Notes: a model not told the origin generated them from the sequence alone. 64,000 nucleotides of DNA from an uncultured Spirochaetota bacterium (GCA_963835575.1 CAWIGG010000002.1:1536001-1600000); one strand, 5' to 3'; shown: positions 1-10,241, numbered from the stretch's first letter. Translations and numbers: made by a program.

Positions 1-970
1 GGTAGGCCGTGTGCGCGAACATCGGCGTTTTGACCACATCGCCCGCGGCGTAGATATGGGCAATATTTGTCTGCATTCTCTCATTGACCTTGATAAAGCC
101 GTCTTCCATTATAATGCCGGTGTTTTCAAGCCCCAGAGCGTCTGTGTTTGGGACTCGCCCCGCCGCTACAAGGACACGGTCAAAACTTCTCTCGATGCGC
201 TGGCCTTCCGATTCAAATGCGGCCTTGACGCTTCCGCCTTCATTTTTAAAGCTTGTTATACGGCATTCTGTATAAACTTCCGTTCCCTTTTTACCCAATT
301 CCCTTTTCAGAGTCCGGGACACTTCCTCGTCCTCGCCCGGAAGGATGTCCGGCAGGACCTCGACAAGGGTCACCGATGAACCGAACGCGGAATAGATCGA
401 GGCGAATTCGCACCCGATCGCGCCGCCCCCGATGATCAAAAGGCTTTTTGGAAGAGTTTCCATTTTCAAAATCTCCCGGCTGGTAACAATATTTTTTTTG
501 TTTATGGGAAAAGCCGGAATGTTCTTGACCTTCGAGCCGGCGGCGATAATAAATTTATCCGCTTCAAAAGACTGTTTCTTCCCGTCCCCGGTCACCACTT
601 CAACGGTATGCGGTCCGCTGAATACCGCTTTTCCACAAATCAATTCAACTCCATCCTTTTTCAGCGCTGAAATGACACTCTGTCGTAACTGCAGGGTGTT
701 TTTTTCAGCGTTTTCAATCACCTTCGGCATATCGATAGAGATCTGTCCGCATTGGATCCCATATGACAGGCTTTTCTTCATGGCTTCATATAAATGGGCC
801 GATTCGGCGAATGATTTAACCGGTATACAGCCTTCGTTCAGGCATGTACCGCCGATATTGCTTTCCGTATAATCGGCAAGGGCTGTTTTGACTCCTGCGG
901 CGGCCAGTTTTTCCGCGGCTTTGTATCCGGCAGGGCCTCCGCCGATAACTATCACATCATACTTTTTCAT
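1..970 (-). CDS. lpdA: Dihydrolipoyl dehydrogenase (5' part; runs off window start)
   Basis: Manual minus-strand translation from ATG at 970: MKKYDVIVIGGGPAGY (FAD-binding) and GGTCLNEGCIP redox disulfide motif; absent from the ORF track because there is no stop in the window. Confidence 0.85.
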   Translation of the reverse strand, partial: MKKYDVIVIGGGPAGYKAAEKLAAAGVKTALADYTESNIGGTCLNEGCIPVKSFAESAHLYEAMKKSLSYGIQCGQISIDMPKVIENAEKNTLQLRQSVISALKKDGVELICGKAVFSGPHTVEVVTGDGKKQSFEADKFIIAAGSKVKNIPAFPINKKNIVTSREILKMETLPKSLLIIGGGAIGCEFASIYSAFGSSVTLVEVLPDILPGEDEEVSRTLKRELGKKGTEVYTECRITSFKNEGGSVKAAFESEGQRIERSFDRVLVAAGRVPNTDALGLENTGIIMEDGFIKVNERMQTNIAHIYAAGDVVKTPMFAHTAY

Positions 971-1243
971 AATATATCCTTATTCAGACATTGAAAGACT
1001 ATGGTAACTGCAAATAAAAATAATTTCAAGAAAGAACGGCCGGGTATGATCCACTCTATCCAACAGGATATTCACCATATTTCAGATTTAGAAAATTCCA
1101 AAACTTCTTAATTGATTATTAATATAAAAAAAACCTGGATTTAATCAGAAATTAAAAAACAGCACTTATTATTAATAAGTTTTTTCTTATTTCCTGTCAG
1201 TTATCGGTAAATAAAAAAAAAGGAGGTATTTCAATAAAAAAAG

Positions 1244-2763
1244 GTAACTATCCAGCCACTAAAAAATAGTCACATGAAATATTTGCATTGAGCATGAAAC
1301 CATGCTATTCTATAGCATGAATGAAGATAGAAGAGAAAAAGACTGTGCGGCCTGCTTAAAACGATTTGAAGGCATCATTGCTGATTTACAAAACCAGATA
1401 AAGGAGCAGGGTTTAATCATTCAAAGACAAGCGGAAAAGATTAAGAAATTGGAAGAACAGCTTAATAAGGACAGCCATAACAGCAATAAACCGCCGTCTT
1501 CCGATAATCCATTCCAAAATACAGTAAAGAATTTACGGAAAAAGAGCGGTAAAAAACAAGGCGGCCAGTTTGGACATAAGGGAAATACTCTGAAGAAAGT
1601 AGAAAGCCCTGATAAGATCATAGAACATCAGGTTGAAAAATGTTCCTGTTGTGGAATTGATTTAAGTTCCGAATCAGTTAAGCGGACGGAAAGAAGGCAG
1701 GTGTTCGATATACCTCCGATAAAAGTGGAAGTTACCGAACATCGCTCGGAAGTAAAAGATTGTCCGCATTGCGGTGCGAGAGTAACGGCGGAGTTTCCGG
1801 AAGGCATAACCAATAAGGCACAGTATGGAAAAAACATTAAAGCGCATCTGGTCTATATGAAAACATATGGGTTGATACCCTATGAAAGGCTTTCGGAATA
1901 CGCCGAATGTTTATTGGGAGTGCCGCTCAGCAAGGCAACGATTGAAGGATTTATCCGGGAGACCTACAATAAATTAGAAGAGTATGAACAGAAAGTCATA
2001 GAACTGATACTAAAAGAAGTGGTTCTTCACTGTGATGAAACCGGTATTCGGATAAAAGGGTTATTAAAATGGCTCCATGTTGCCTCGAATGAACGTTTTA
2101 CCTATTATTTTTCTCATGACAAACGCGGCACAGAGGCGATGCGTGCGATGGACATTCTCACAAGATTTACCGGTATTATTATCCACGATGGATGGAAAAG
2201 TTATCTGGAATTCTTATGCCGTCATGGATTGTGTAATGTACACCATTTGAGAGAGCTAATCTGGATACATGAGGAAATGGGTCAGGAATGGGCTAAGGAG
2301 ATGGGTAATCTTCTTATAAGGATTAAGAATGATAAAGAGGCAAGTTTTCCAATACCGGCGGAAAGGATTATAGAATATGATACGGAATATGACCGGATCA
2401 TCGCGAAAGGATTTGCTGTAAATCCAACGCCTGAAAAGCCGGAAGGACTTGTTAAACGCGGCAGAAAAAAGCGGGGCAAGGTTTTATGCCTATTAGACCG
2501 ATTAAGAAAATATAAAGAATCTGTCCTTTTATTTATGCGGGAAAAAGATGTTCCATTCAGCAACAATTTGGCGGAACGGGATATCAGAATGATAAAAGTC
2601 CAGCAGAAAATATCAGGTACATTCAGAAGCTGGAATGGAGCGGCTGCCTTTTGCAGAATCAGGGGTTATATATCTACAGTAAAAAAGATGGGCGTCAGTG
2701 TTTATCAAGCCCTTATTGACGCGTTGAACGGCTCCGCTATTAAATATGCGGCTGGATAGTTAC
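1244..2763 (+). mobile_element. IS66-family insertion sequence, single-ORF (ISBst12-like) organisation, 1520 bp
   Basis: Perfect 14-bp TIRs GTAACTATCCAGCC (1244-1257) / GGCTGGATAGTTAC (2750-2763); 8-bp TSD AAAAAAAG at 1236-1243 and 2764-2771; GTAA ends and 8-bp TSD are IS66 hallmarks. Confidence 0.95.
1302..2759 (+). CDS. IS66-family transposase (TnpC-like)
   Basis: N-terminal coiled coil, NSNKPPSSD, Cys zinc finger (CSCCG..CPHCG), HCDETG, IHDG, LCNVHHLRE, FSNNLAERDIR motifs; stop codon lies inside the right TIR. Confidence 0.95.
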   Translation: MLFYSMNEDRREKDCAACLKRFEGIIADLQNQIKEQGLIIQRQAEKIKKLEEQLNKDSHNSNKPPSSDNPFQNTVKNLRKKSGKKQGGQFGHKGNTLKKVESPDKIIEHQVEKCSCCGIDLSSESVKRTERRQVFDIPPIKVEVTEHRSEVKDCPHCGARVTAEFPEGITNKAQYGKNIKAHLVYMKTYGLIPYERLSEYAECLLGVPLSKATIEGFIRETYNKLEEYEQKVIELILKEVVLHCDETGIRIKGLLKWLHVASNERFTYYFSHDKRGTEAMRAMDILTRFTGIIIHDGWKSYLEFLCRHGLCNVHHLRELIWIHEEMGQEWAKEMGNLLIRIKNDKEASFPIPAERIIEYDTEYDRIIAKGFAVNPTPEKPEGLVKRGRKKRGKVLCLLDRLRKYKESVLLFMREKDVPFSNNLAERDIRMIKVQQKISGTFRSWNGAAAFCRIRGYISTVKKMGVSVYQALIDALNGSAIKYAAG

Positions 2764-2871
2764 AAAAAAAGAAGGTTATTATATGGTTTAAATCGCTGTC
2801 TTAAAGGAATAAGACAGGCGGGCGCGCAGGGAATGGCGGTGTGTTTTTAATTAGAGTAAATGGAGGTTCAC

Positions 2872-4539
2872 ATGAAAAAGATTTTTGTTCTGATGCTTCT
2901 TTTTGCTGCATTTGTATTGACATCCTGCGCCTCAATGATGAACGGTAATGATAATAAGCAGGTCGTCTCGACATTAAATAATCTCTCTGCAATCAGCGTT
3001 ACCATTGACGATGGTTCTGCTACTAGAAGCATTACAGTGATCAGCAATAAAATAGTCAAGGTGACTATTCAGTTGACCGACCCTACAGGCGGCACGATTA
3101 CAACAAACTGGCTTCCTGGAAATAATCCTGTATTCTCCTTTCTCGACAGAAAATTCGGGGTGAATACCCTGACCATTACCGAACAGGATGACTCCGGTTA
3201 TGCAAAATCCTACGCGAAAGACATCAACATTCAGAAAGGTTATAACTACAAAGTCATGGTGACAATCGGCGGCGACCTGCAGATCGTCGTGGATGACGGC
3301 ACTTATGCCGGCGGAACGAATTACAGCGCATCTTGTTTGAACATAGCGCCCGGCAGCAGCGGAAGCCAGCTCAATTTTGCCTGGTTGACCTCTATAAAAG
3401 GCGGAGTTGTTGTTCAGATCGCTGCGGCTTCCGCCCAGGTGGGCGACGTGTTTCCCGTGGCGCAGGCATTGTCGTTCACAGGCGTTCAGTCTGTGGTTAC
3501 CGCAACCACTAATGTCAACGGGAGCGTTCCGACAGGCGAAATCGCGAATAAGGTCACTGTAACCGGTCTTGCCGATTCCACCGCTTACATTTATCGCATC
3601 GGAGACGGAACAAATTGGAGTCAGACCTATACATTACAAACGAGAAACCAGAATAACTTCGGTTTCCTGGCTGTCGGGGATCCCCAGATCGGCGCAAGCG
3701 GAAACAACGCCGCGGATACGGCCAACTGGGGCAAAACCGTCAGCAATGCGACTATAATGTACCCGAATGCCAGCTTCTTCCTATCGGCCGGGGACGAAGT
3801 TGATTCCACATCCTCTGTTACCAACCAGATGGCCCAGTATCTCGGTTACTTCAGCCCCGTCCAGTTAAAGAACATTCCTGTAGCCAACGTTGATGGGAAC
3901 CATGATTTCTCGATGGGCGAGTACTACGGCTTTCATTACAACCAGCCGAATGTTTCGTCCAGCCTCGGAGTGGCATTTGGTAATGACGGGGATTACTGGT
4001 TCACCTATGGAAATACCCTTTATATTATTTTGAACAGCAATGTAGAAGGCGCTGCGGCCCATCAATTGTTCATTTCTAACGCAGTCGCGGCTAATCCCAA
4101 TGCCAAGTGGCGCATCGTGTCTTTCCACCACTCGGTATACAGCGAAGCGAACCATATGACTGATTCGGATATTATCGATAGAAGGGCAACTTATCCGCCG
4201 GTTTTTGAACAATTTAATATCGATGCGGTCATTATGGGACACGATCATTCCTATACCAGAACCTACCAGATGCTGGGAGGAGTACCGGTAAGCCAGTCCG
4301 GCACAAGCGTTGTTACCAATCCGTTGGGAATTCTCTATTTGACTCTTGATTCCGGCAGCGGCAGCAAGTATTACCAGTTTCAGTACCAAACTCCCTCGGT
4401 ATACAGCGCGTTCCGCTGGCAGGGAAATGTTCCCTCTTTCAGTTATATTTCGATCAACGGGGGTACTTTGACCCTGAGTGTTTACCGGGTGGACACAATG
4501 GCATTGATCGACCAGTATTCCATTGTGAAAACCAATTAA
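2872..4539 (+). CDS. Purple acid phosphatase-like metallophosphoesterase lipoprotein with Fn3-like N-terminal domain
   Basis: GGAGG RBS before ATG 2872; lipobox FVLTSC; GDPQ, SAGD, GNHD, FHH, GHDHSY motifs. Confidence 0.85.
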   Translation: MKKIFVLMLLFAAFVLTSCASMMNGNDNKQVVSTLNNLSAISVTIDDGSATRSITVISNKIVKVTIQLTDPTGGTITTNWLPGNNPVFSFLDRKFGVNTLTITEQDDSGYAKSYAKDINIQKGYNYKVMVTIGGDLQIVVDDGTYAGGTNYSASCLNIAPGSSGSQLNFAWLTSIKGGVVVQIAAASAQVGDVFPVAQALSFTGVQSVVTATTNVNGSVPTGEIANKVTVTGLADSTAYIYRIGDGTNWSQTYTLQTRNQNNFGFLAVGDPQIGASGNNAADTANWGKTVSNATIMYPNASFFLSAGDEVDSTSSVTNQMAQYLGYFSPVQLKNIPVANVDGNHDFSMGEYYGFHYNQPNVSSSLGVAFGNDGDYWFTYGNTLYIILNSNVEGAAAHQLFISNAVAANPNAKWRIVSFHHSVYSEANHMTDSDIIDRRATYPPVFEQFNIDAVIMGHDHSYTRTYQMLGGVPVSQSGTSVVTNPLGILYLTLDSGSGSKYYQFQYQTPSVYSAFRWQGNVPSFSYISINGGTLTLSVYRVDTMALIDQYSIVKTN

Positions 4540-4554
4540 AGACCGGTATTCAGA

Positions 4555-5709
4555 GTGAAGGTTTTATTGAGATGGGCGATTGTGATTATTGCCCTTGGAA
4601 TTTACATTGCCGGCGCGCTCTGGTATTCAAGCCATACGGCAGTTTATAGATTATTCAGATCGTCCGGCGGTGCGCATGTCAGTTATGAAAAAGCCCTTGT
4701 CCTTGATGTAAAGGGCGAAACTTTTCACCCTGATAACGGAAATGGCGTGATCACCGGCAGCCAGGATATTGATATTAAAATAATCACTGGCGAGATATCC
4801 GGGACAAAACTGGAAATCAGGAACTTCCTCAACTATTCGTCCAATTTCCCTCTGAAAGCAGGGGATAGAATAGTAGTTCGTGTGGATTTTGCCAACAACA
4901 GTTATTACAATGTAACTATGTACAGTATTGACCGGGGGCCGGCCCTTTATGGGCTGGCCCTCCTCTTTTTTATCCTCCTTTGCGTTGTCGGAGGCAGGCG
5001 GGGTTTGCGTTCTGTTCCAGGGATCATCTTCACTTTTATCAGCATCGTTTTTATCTTTATCCCGATGCTTTACCGCGGATATTCCCCTATGCTTGCGGCT
5101 GCTCTCGTCACAGCCCTGACTGTCTGTGTGTCATTTATCCTGCTCGACGACCTGAATGTAAAGACCGTATCGGCCATTCTCGGTTCCATTTCAGGTCTCG
5201 CTGTTGCGGCCATTCTGGCTTTTATTTTCCAAAACCTCACGATGGTTTCAGGTTATACGACTCCTGAAGCGGATTACCTGTTCTCGATCTCAAGCCACAC
5301 AGGCATGAAAATGGGAGAGCTCCTGTTTGCCGCAGTTCTGATCGCCTCGCTCGGTGCCATTATGGACATAGCGATATCCATGGCTTCCGCGGTCTGCGAG
5401 ATCTCTGCTTTCAACCCCGGTCTGAGCCGGTCCGAGCTCTTTCGCTCCGGTATGAACGTAGGACGGGACATGATGGGCATGATGGCGAATACTTTGATCC
5501 TCGCGTTAACAGGAGCATTGCTCAATACGGTCATTCTGATTTATTCGCTTGGATATTCCTATTTCCAGATCTTGAATTCCAACGCGATTGTGATCGATGT
5601 TATCGAGGCGTTGATGGGATGTGTTGCCGTCGTTCTGACAGTTCCGGCCGTGGCATTTATTACCGCGAACCTATATATCCGTTCCTTTTCAAAAAATTGC
5701 AGGGTGTAA
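4555..5709 (+). CDS. YibE/F-family membrane protein
   Basis: Multi-TM; LGAIMDIAISMAS and SGMNVGRDMMGMMANTLILA signature. Confidence 0.85.
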   Translation: MKVLLRWAIVIIALGIYIAGALWYSSHTAVYRLFRSSGGAHVSYEKALVLDVKGETFHPDNGNGVITGSQDIDIKIITGEISGTKLEIRNFLNYSSNFPLKAGDRIVVRVDFANNSYYNVTMYSIDRGPALYGLALLFFILLCVVGGRRGLRSVPGIIFTFISIVFIFIPMLYRGYSPMLAAALVTALTVCVSFILLDDLNVKTVSAILGSISGLAVAAILAFIFQNLTMVSGYTTPEADYLFSISSHTGMKMGELLFAAVLIASLGAIMDIAISMASAVCEISAFNPGLSRSELFRSGMNVGRDMMGMMANTLILALTGALLNTVILIYSLGYSYFQILNSNAIVIDVIEALMGCVAVVLTVPAVAFITANLYIRSFSKNCRV

Positions 5710-5711
5710 TT

Positions 5712-6869
5712 ATGCGTTCTTTATTGAGATGGTCCATCGCGATCCTGGCCCTGATTGTTTATGTTGCAGGGGCCATCTGGTTTTCGGGGCAAATGAAAAC
5801 CCATAGTACTTACAGCTCTCCGGCCGGCGCGCATGTCAGTTATGAAAAAGCCCTTGTCATGAAAATAAATAATGAAGCACTCGGGCCGGATTCCGAACAT
5901 AACGGCCTCTTTGAAGGTTTCCAAGACCTTACTATCAGGGTCCTCACAGGCGAGAAATCCGGAACCATCCTTGAGATCAGGAATTTTCTCAACCTGATGT
6001 CCAATTTTCGCCTGAAGGCCGGGGACCGGATCATCGTTCGTATGGATTTTACTGATAACCGGAATTTAACTGTTTACGTGTATAGCATCGATCGCGGGCC
6101 GGCCCTCTATTTTCTTGCCTTCCTCTTTATCATCCTTCTATGCGTTATCGGCGGCAAGCGGGGAATTCGTTCGGTATTGTCCATTGTTTTTACATTTAAC
6201 AGCATTGTTTTTATCTTTATACCGATGCTTTACCGCGGATATTCTCCGGCGCTTGCGGCCATTCTCATCACTACAATAACGGTCTGCGTATCGCTTGTTT
6301 TTCTCGACGGTTTTAAAGTCAAGACCATATCAGCCATTCTCGGTTCCATTTCAGGTCTCGCTGTTGCGGCCATTCTGTCTTTTATTTTCCAACACCTGAC
6401 GATGGTTTCCGGTTATACGACTTCCGAGGCTGATTCCCTGCTCGTGATCGCCGGGCAGACAGGCATGAAAGTGGGGGAACTTCTCTTTGCCTCAGTTCTG
6501 ATCGCCTCGCTCGGAGCTATCGTGGACATAGCGATATCAGTGGCTTCCGCGGTCTGCGAGGTCTATGCTTCCAACCCCGGTCTGAGCCGGTCTGAGCTCT
6601 TTCGCTCCGGTATGAACGTGGGAAGCGATATGATGGGAACCATGGCAAACACTCTGATCATGGTCTTCACCGGCGCATCACTCAATGCGCTCATTCTGAT
6701 CTATTCGCTGGAACATTCCTATTACCAGATCCTGAATTCCAACACAATCGTGATAGAAATTATAGAAGCTTTGACAGGATGCCTCTCGGTCATCCTGACA
6801 GTCCCGGCAGTAGCGTTTATTGCTTCTGCGCTGGCTGCCCGCATTTCCGGACCGGATAATAAAGGTTAA
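5712..6869 (+). CDS. YibE/F-family membrane protein (tandem paralog)
   Basis: Same signature (LGAIVDIAISVAS, GSDMMGTMANTL); start set at ATG 5712 by alignment to the upstream paralog. Confidence 0.85.
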   Translation: MRSLLRWSIAILALIVYVAGAIWFSGQMKTHSTYSSPAGAHVSYEKALVMKINNEALGPDSEHNGLFEGFQDLTIRVLTGEKSGTILEIRNFLNLMSNFRLKAGDRIIVRMDFTDNRNLTVYVYSIDRGPALYFLAFLFIILLCVIGGKRGIRSVLSIVFTFNSIVFIFIPMLYRGYSPALAAILITTITVCVSLVFLDGFKVKTISAILGSISGLAVAAILSFIFQHLTMVSGYTTSEADSLLVIAGQTGMKVGELLFASVLIASLGAIVDIAISVASAVCEVYASNPGLSRSELFRSGMNVGSDMMGTMANTLIMVFTGASLNALILIYSLEHSYYQILNSNTIVIEIIEALTGCLSVILTVPAVAFIASALAARISGPDNKG

Positions 6870-6930
6870 TAAGCCGCTTTTTTCTTATACTTACTCAAGC
6901 GTTTATTGTCACAAACCAACTACCGTCTGA

Positions 6931-7095
6931 CTGAGGCTGATGAAGTTCGATACCAGCGCCAGGACCATTCATTTCCAGACATATTCAAGTGAGTTGCATA
7001 TTTATGCCGGTGTACCCGGCGGCCCGACATTCAATCTTGATCCTTCCGAATCCGATTTTACTCTTCCGATACCGGACCGTGTTTTAGCCTATTAG
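6931..7095 (+). pseudogene. Probable C-terminal remnant of a metallophosphoesterase-type gene
   Basis: Reads *LRLMKFDTSARTIHFQTYSSELHIYAG...SDFTLPIPDRVLAY*, resembling the WLRLMxFD...TIHxxTYS tail of calcineurin-like phosphoesterases; no upstream body. Confidence 0.45.
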
Positions 7096-7142
7096 GTAAG
7101 GAACAGGGTTTATTCTTCATTAGAAAATTAGTTTAACCAAGG

Positions 7143-7167
7143 GCGCGGTCAGTTGACTGCGCTTTTT
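7143..7167 (+). terminator. Putative intrinsic terminator
   Basis: GCGCGGTCA-GT-TGACTGCGC hairpin followed by TTTTT. Confidence 0.5.
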
Positions 7168-7266
7168 ATATTGCCTCATCCCCTTTCCCAAAAAAATAAT
7201 CTATTATTTGCAATTACAAACCCGGTCTCATAAAATAATATTATATTTTAGTTATCGGGGTAAATC

Positions 7267-8301
7267 ATGAAAGTGCTTATTATCGGCGGAACGGGCCTTA
7301 TTTCAACGGCCATAGTGAACCAGCTTGTAGAGCGGGGCGACGATGTGACAGTATTCAACAGGGGACAGACCGAAAAAAGGATCCCTCAGTCCGTAAAGGT
7401 CATTCTGGGCGACCGCTGGGATTACAATAAATTTGAGAATCAGATGAACGGACTCACTTTTGACGCCGTGATCGATATGGTGGCGTTCGACCCTGAAAAC
7501 GCGAAGTCTGTGTTGAGGGCTTTTAAAGGAAGAGTAAAGCATATCGCCGTCTGCTCCACCGTCTGTGTATACGGCGGACCTCTTACCAGACTGCCCGCCG
7601 ATGATAATGAGCCCCACCGCTTTGTTTCCGATTACGGCAGAAACAAGTCCGGTATCGAATCGATCCTCCTGGAAGCGAACGGCCGCGACGGCCTCAATAC
7701 AACCGTTCTCCGCCCATCCCACACAACGGGCGAGGGGGCGCCTGCCTGCGGCATTCTTTTTGACGACAGCCTGGTGAACCGCATCCGGAAAGGACTGAGA
7801 GTGATAGTTCATGACAGCGGAAAGACGAAATGGGCCATCGCGCACGCGTCGGATGTCGCGAGGGGTTTTGTGAATTCTCTCCTCAATCCGAAGGCTTTCG
7901 GCCAGGCTTACCACCTGACAAGCGACGAGCATACCACATGGGACGGCGTGTATGAAGAACTCGGAAAAGCAGCCGGGGCCGGACCGGAGATAGTCCATAT
8001 CCCGACGGACTGGCTTTACAGTGTCGCACCGCGGCGCAGCGTCGGAATTCAGTATATCTATAAACACGATTCTATTTTTGATAATTCCAAAGCGGTAAGA
8101 GACCTCGATTTTAAAACGACCGTACCGCTTGTGGAGACATTCAGAAGGCAGATCCGCTGGATGGAGGAAAAAGGGAATATCCTCCCTGTTGAAAAGGACC
8201 GTTTCGAAGATATCATGATCGATTCATACAATAAAGGGACAATTCCTTCCCCGGACGGATGGACGGATTTTAATACATGGGGAAATAAAACAACAAATTA
8301 A
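7267..8301 (+). CDS. NAD-dependent epimerase/dehydratase family protein
   Basis: GGTGLIS Rossmann motif; YGRNK catalytic YxxxK. Confidence 0.85.
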   Translation: MKVLIIGGTGLISTAIVNQLVERGDDVTVFNRGQTEKRIPQSVKVILGDRWDYNKFENQMNGLTFDAVIDMVAFDPENAKSVLRAFKGRVKHIAVCSTVCVYGGPLTRLPADDNEPHRFVSDYGRNKSGIESILLEANGRDGLNTTVLRPSHTTGEGAPACGILFDDSLVNRIRKGLRVIVHDSGKTKWAIAHASDVARGFVNSLLNPKAFGQAYHLTSDEHTTWDGVYEELGKAAGAGPEIVHIPTDWLYSVAPRRSVGIQYIYKHDSIFDNSKAVRDLDFKTTVPLVETFRRQIRWMEEKGNILPVEKDRFEDIMIDSYNKGTIPSPDGWTDFNTWGNKTTN

Positions 8302-8433
8302 ATTCCTTGATTCTATTCATTAAAAGTATAAATATTCTATTCCAGTTAATGCCGGCGTCATTCCGAATTCCTTGTATAATTTCATTGATTGTATTAAAAT
8401 ATAATCGAATTTTTATTAAAGAGGTTTACCGAT

Positions 8434-10107
8434 ATGATGAATTACAAAAAATACAGGACTTTTCAGCCGATTACTTTACCGAACAGGCAGTGGCCGTCGA
8501 AATCCATAACAAAAGCGCCCATCTGGTGCAGTGTGGACCTGCGCGACGGGAACCAGGCGCTCCCCATCCCCATGAATGTGGCGGAAAAGCTTGAATTTTT
8601 TAAACTCCTCGTCGATATCGGCTTCAAGGAAATTGAAGTGGGCTTTCCCTCGGCATCTGAAGTCGAATACCGCTTCCTGCGGGAGCTTATCGATAAAAAC
8701 CTGATCCCTGATGATGTCAGCGTCCAGGTTTTAACACAGTCCCGGAAGCACCTGATAGAAAGAACATTTGAGGCCATCGACGGCGCGAAGCGGGCCATTG
8801 TCCATCTGTATAATTCGACATCCGAACTTCAGAGAAGGGTTGTTTTTAATAAAGATAAAAAAGCCATTATAGATATAGCTATGGAAGGCGCCAATCTGAT
8901 CAACGAGCTGGCAAAAAAAACCAAAGTCAAACACCTGATGAAAGAATATTCCCCCGAGAGCTTTACCGGTACGGAGTCGGATTACGCCCTGGAGGTCTGC
9001 GAGGCGGTGATGGACGTATGGAAGCCCACTCCGCAGAATAAGATCATTTTTAACCTGCCGGCCACGATCGAGATGGCCATGCCTAATATTTACGCCGACC
9101 AGATCGAATGGTTCCATACCCATATTAAAAACAGGGATTCACTGCTTATCAGCCTGCACACGCATAACGACCGGGGCACAAGCGTCGCCGCTTCGGAATT
9201 GGGAATGCTGGCCGGAGCGCAGAGGGTCGAGGGAACGCTTTTCGGCAACGGCGAAAGAACGGGAAATTCAGACATCATGGCCGTAGCCCTGAATTTATTC
9301 TCGCAGGGCATAGACCCTGAACTGGATTTCAGCGATATCAACCGCGTAATCAATATTTACGAAAAATGCACAAAATTGACAGTGCATCCCCGGCATCCTT
9401 ACGCAGGCGAGCTGGTCTATACCGCTTTTTCGGGCTCCCATCAGGACGCCATCAGGAAGGGCTTGAGCATCTATGAGCGCGATAAACCCAAATACTGGGA
9501 AGTGCCTTATCTGCCGATCGATCCTTCGGATGTCGGCCGGGAATACGAGGCCATCATCCGCATTAACAGCCAGTCCGGCAAGGGCGGCGTCGCCTATATT
9601 ATGGAACACAATTTCGGCTATAAACTGCCCAAAGACATGCATCCCGAATTCGCCCACGCCGTTCAGCTGGAAACGGATAAGACAGGCGAGGAATTGGTAC
9701 CCGAAAGAATTTTAAAGCTTTTCAAGAAGGAATATATCGACATTGATAAACCGCTCAAGCTTCTCAAGTACAAAATCGAGGAAAATCAGTATCTTGCCGT
9801 AAAGGAAAATGTTGTCCATATGCAGGCGACACTGGAAGTAAACGGAAAGGAAAAGGAAATTAAAGGCCAGGGAAACGGCCCGATAGACGCATTTTTCCAT
9901 GGAATGAAAGGCATCGGCATCCCCGATTATAAATTTGTTTCCTACGAAGAGCACGCCTTAAGCGAAGGCTCCGATTCCAAAGCCGTGGCCTATATCTGCC
10001 TGGAAAACCAGGCGGCCGAAAAATTGTTCGGGGTCGGCATCGCGCAGAACATTACAACAGCGTCATTGAACGCGATCGTCAGCGCCATTAACCGGCTCGG
10101 GCTTTAA
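8434..10107 (+). CDS. leuA: 2-isopropylmalate synthase
   Basis: WCSVDLRDGNQAL, HTHNDRG, FGNGERTGN, FSGSHQDAI, RINSQSGKGG, regulatory GNGPIDA. Confidence 0.95.
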   Translation: MMNYKKYRTFQPITLPNRQWPSKSITKAPIWCSVDLRDGNQALPIPMNVAEKLEFFKLLVDIGFKEIEVGFPSASEVEYRFLRELIDKNLIPDDVSVQVLTQSRKHLIERTFEAIDGAKRAIVHLYNSTSELQRRVVFNKDKKAIIDIAMEGANLINELAKKTKVKHLMKEYSPESFTGTESDYALEVCEAVMDVWKPTPQNKIIFNLPATIEMAMPNIYADQIEWFHTHIKNRDSLLISLHTHNDRGTSVAASELGMLAGAQRVEGTLFGNGERTGNSDIMAVALNLFSQGIDPELDFSDINRVINIYEKCTKLTVHPRHPYAGELVYTAFSGSHQDAIRKGLSIYERDKPKYWEVPYLPIDPSDVGREYEAIIRINSQSGKGGVAYIMEHNFGYKLPKDMHPEFAHAVQLETDKTGEELVPERILKLFKKEYIDIDKPLKLLKYKIEENQYLAVKENVVHMQATLEVNGKEKEIKGQGNGPIDAFFHGMKGIGIPDYKFVSYEEHALSEGSDSKAVAYICLENQAAEKLFGVGIAQNITTASLNAIVSAINRLGL

Positions 10108-10122
10108 ATAGTTTAGTATTCT

Positions 10123-10241
10123 CCCGTGAATGCACGCGAATTAACGCTAATAATTTTTATTTCATTATTATTCTCCATATCTTTTTAGTATCAATTCACA
10201 CCCTTTCACATTTATTCGTGTTTATTAGCGTGATTAGCGGG
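10123..10241. repeat. Repeat family B copy 1: inverted arrays of an 8-9-nt unit around an AT-rich spacer
   Basis: CCCGTGAAT-GCACGCGAAT-TAACGCTAAT ... ATTCGTGTTT-ATTAGCGTG-ATTAGCGGG; similar copies at 20923 and 35742. Confidence 0.7.

Noticed and set aside
11..872. Plus-strand ORFs 11-379, 84-275, 253-435 and 432-872
   Set aside because: Antisense shadows of lpdA on the minus strand
1244..2763. IS66 as the mobiliser of the 204-bp MITE
   Set aside because: Different ends (GTAA versus GGGC) and TSD length (8 versus 4 bp)
2785..2820. Hairpin CTGTCTTA-AAGGAA-TAAGACAG before the phosphatase as a riboswitch or Pho box
   Set aside because: Does not match any riboswitch consensus I recognise and lacks the 11-bp direct-repeat spacing of a Pho box
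8302..8433. Leucine attenuator or T-box upstream of leuA
   Set aside because: No Leu-rich leader, terminator hairpin or T-box motif seen
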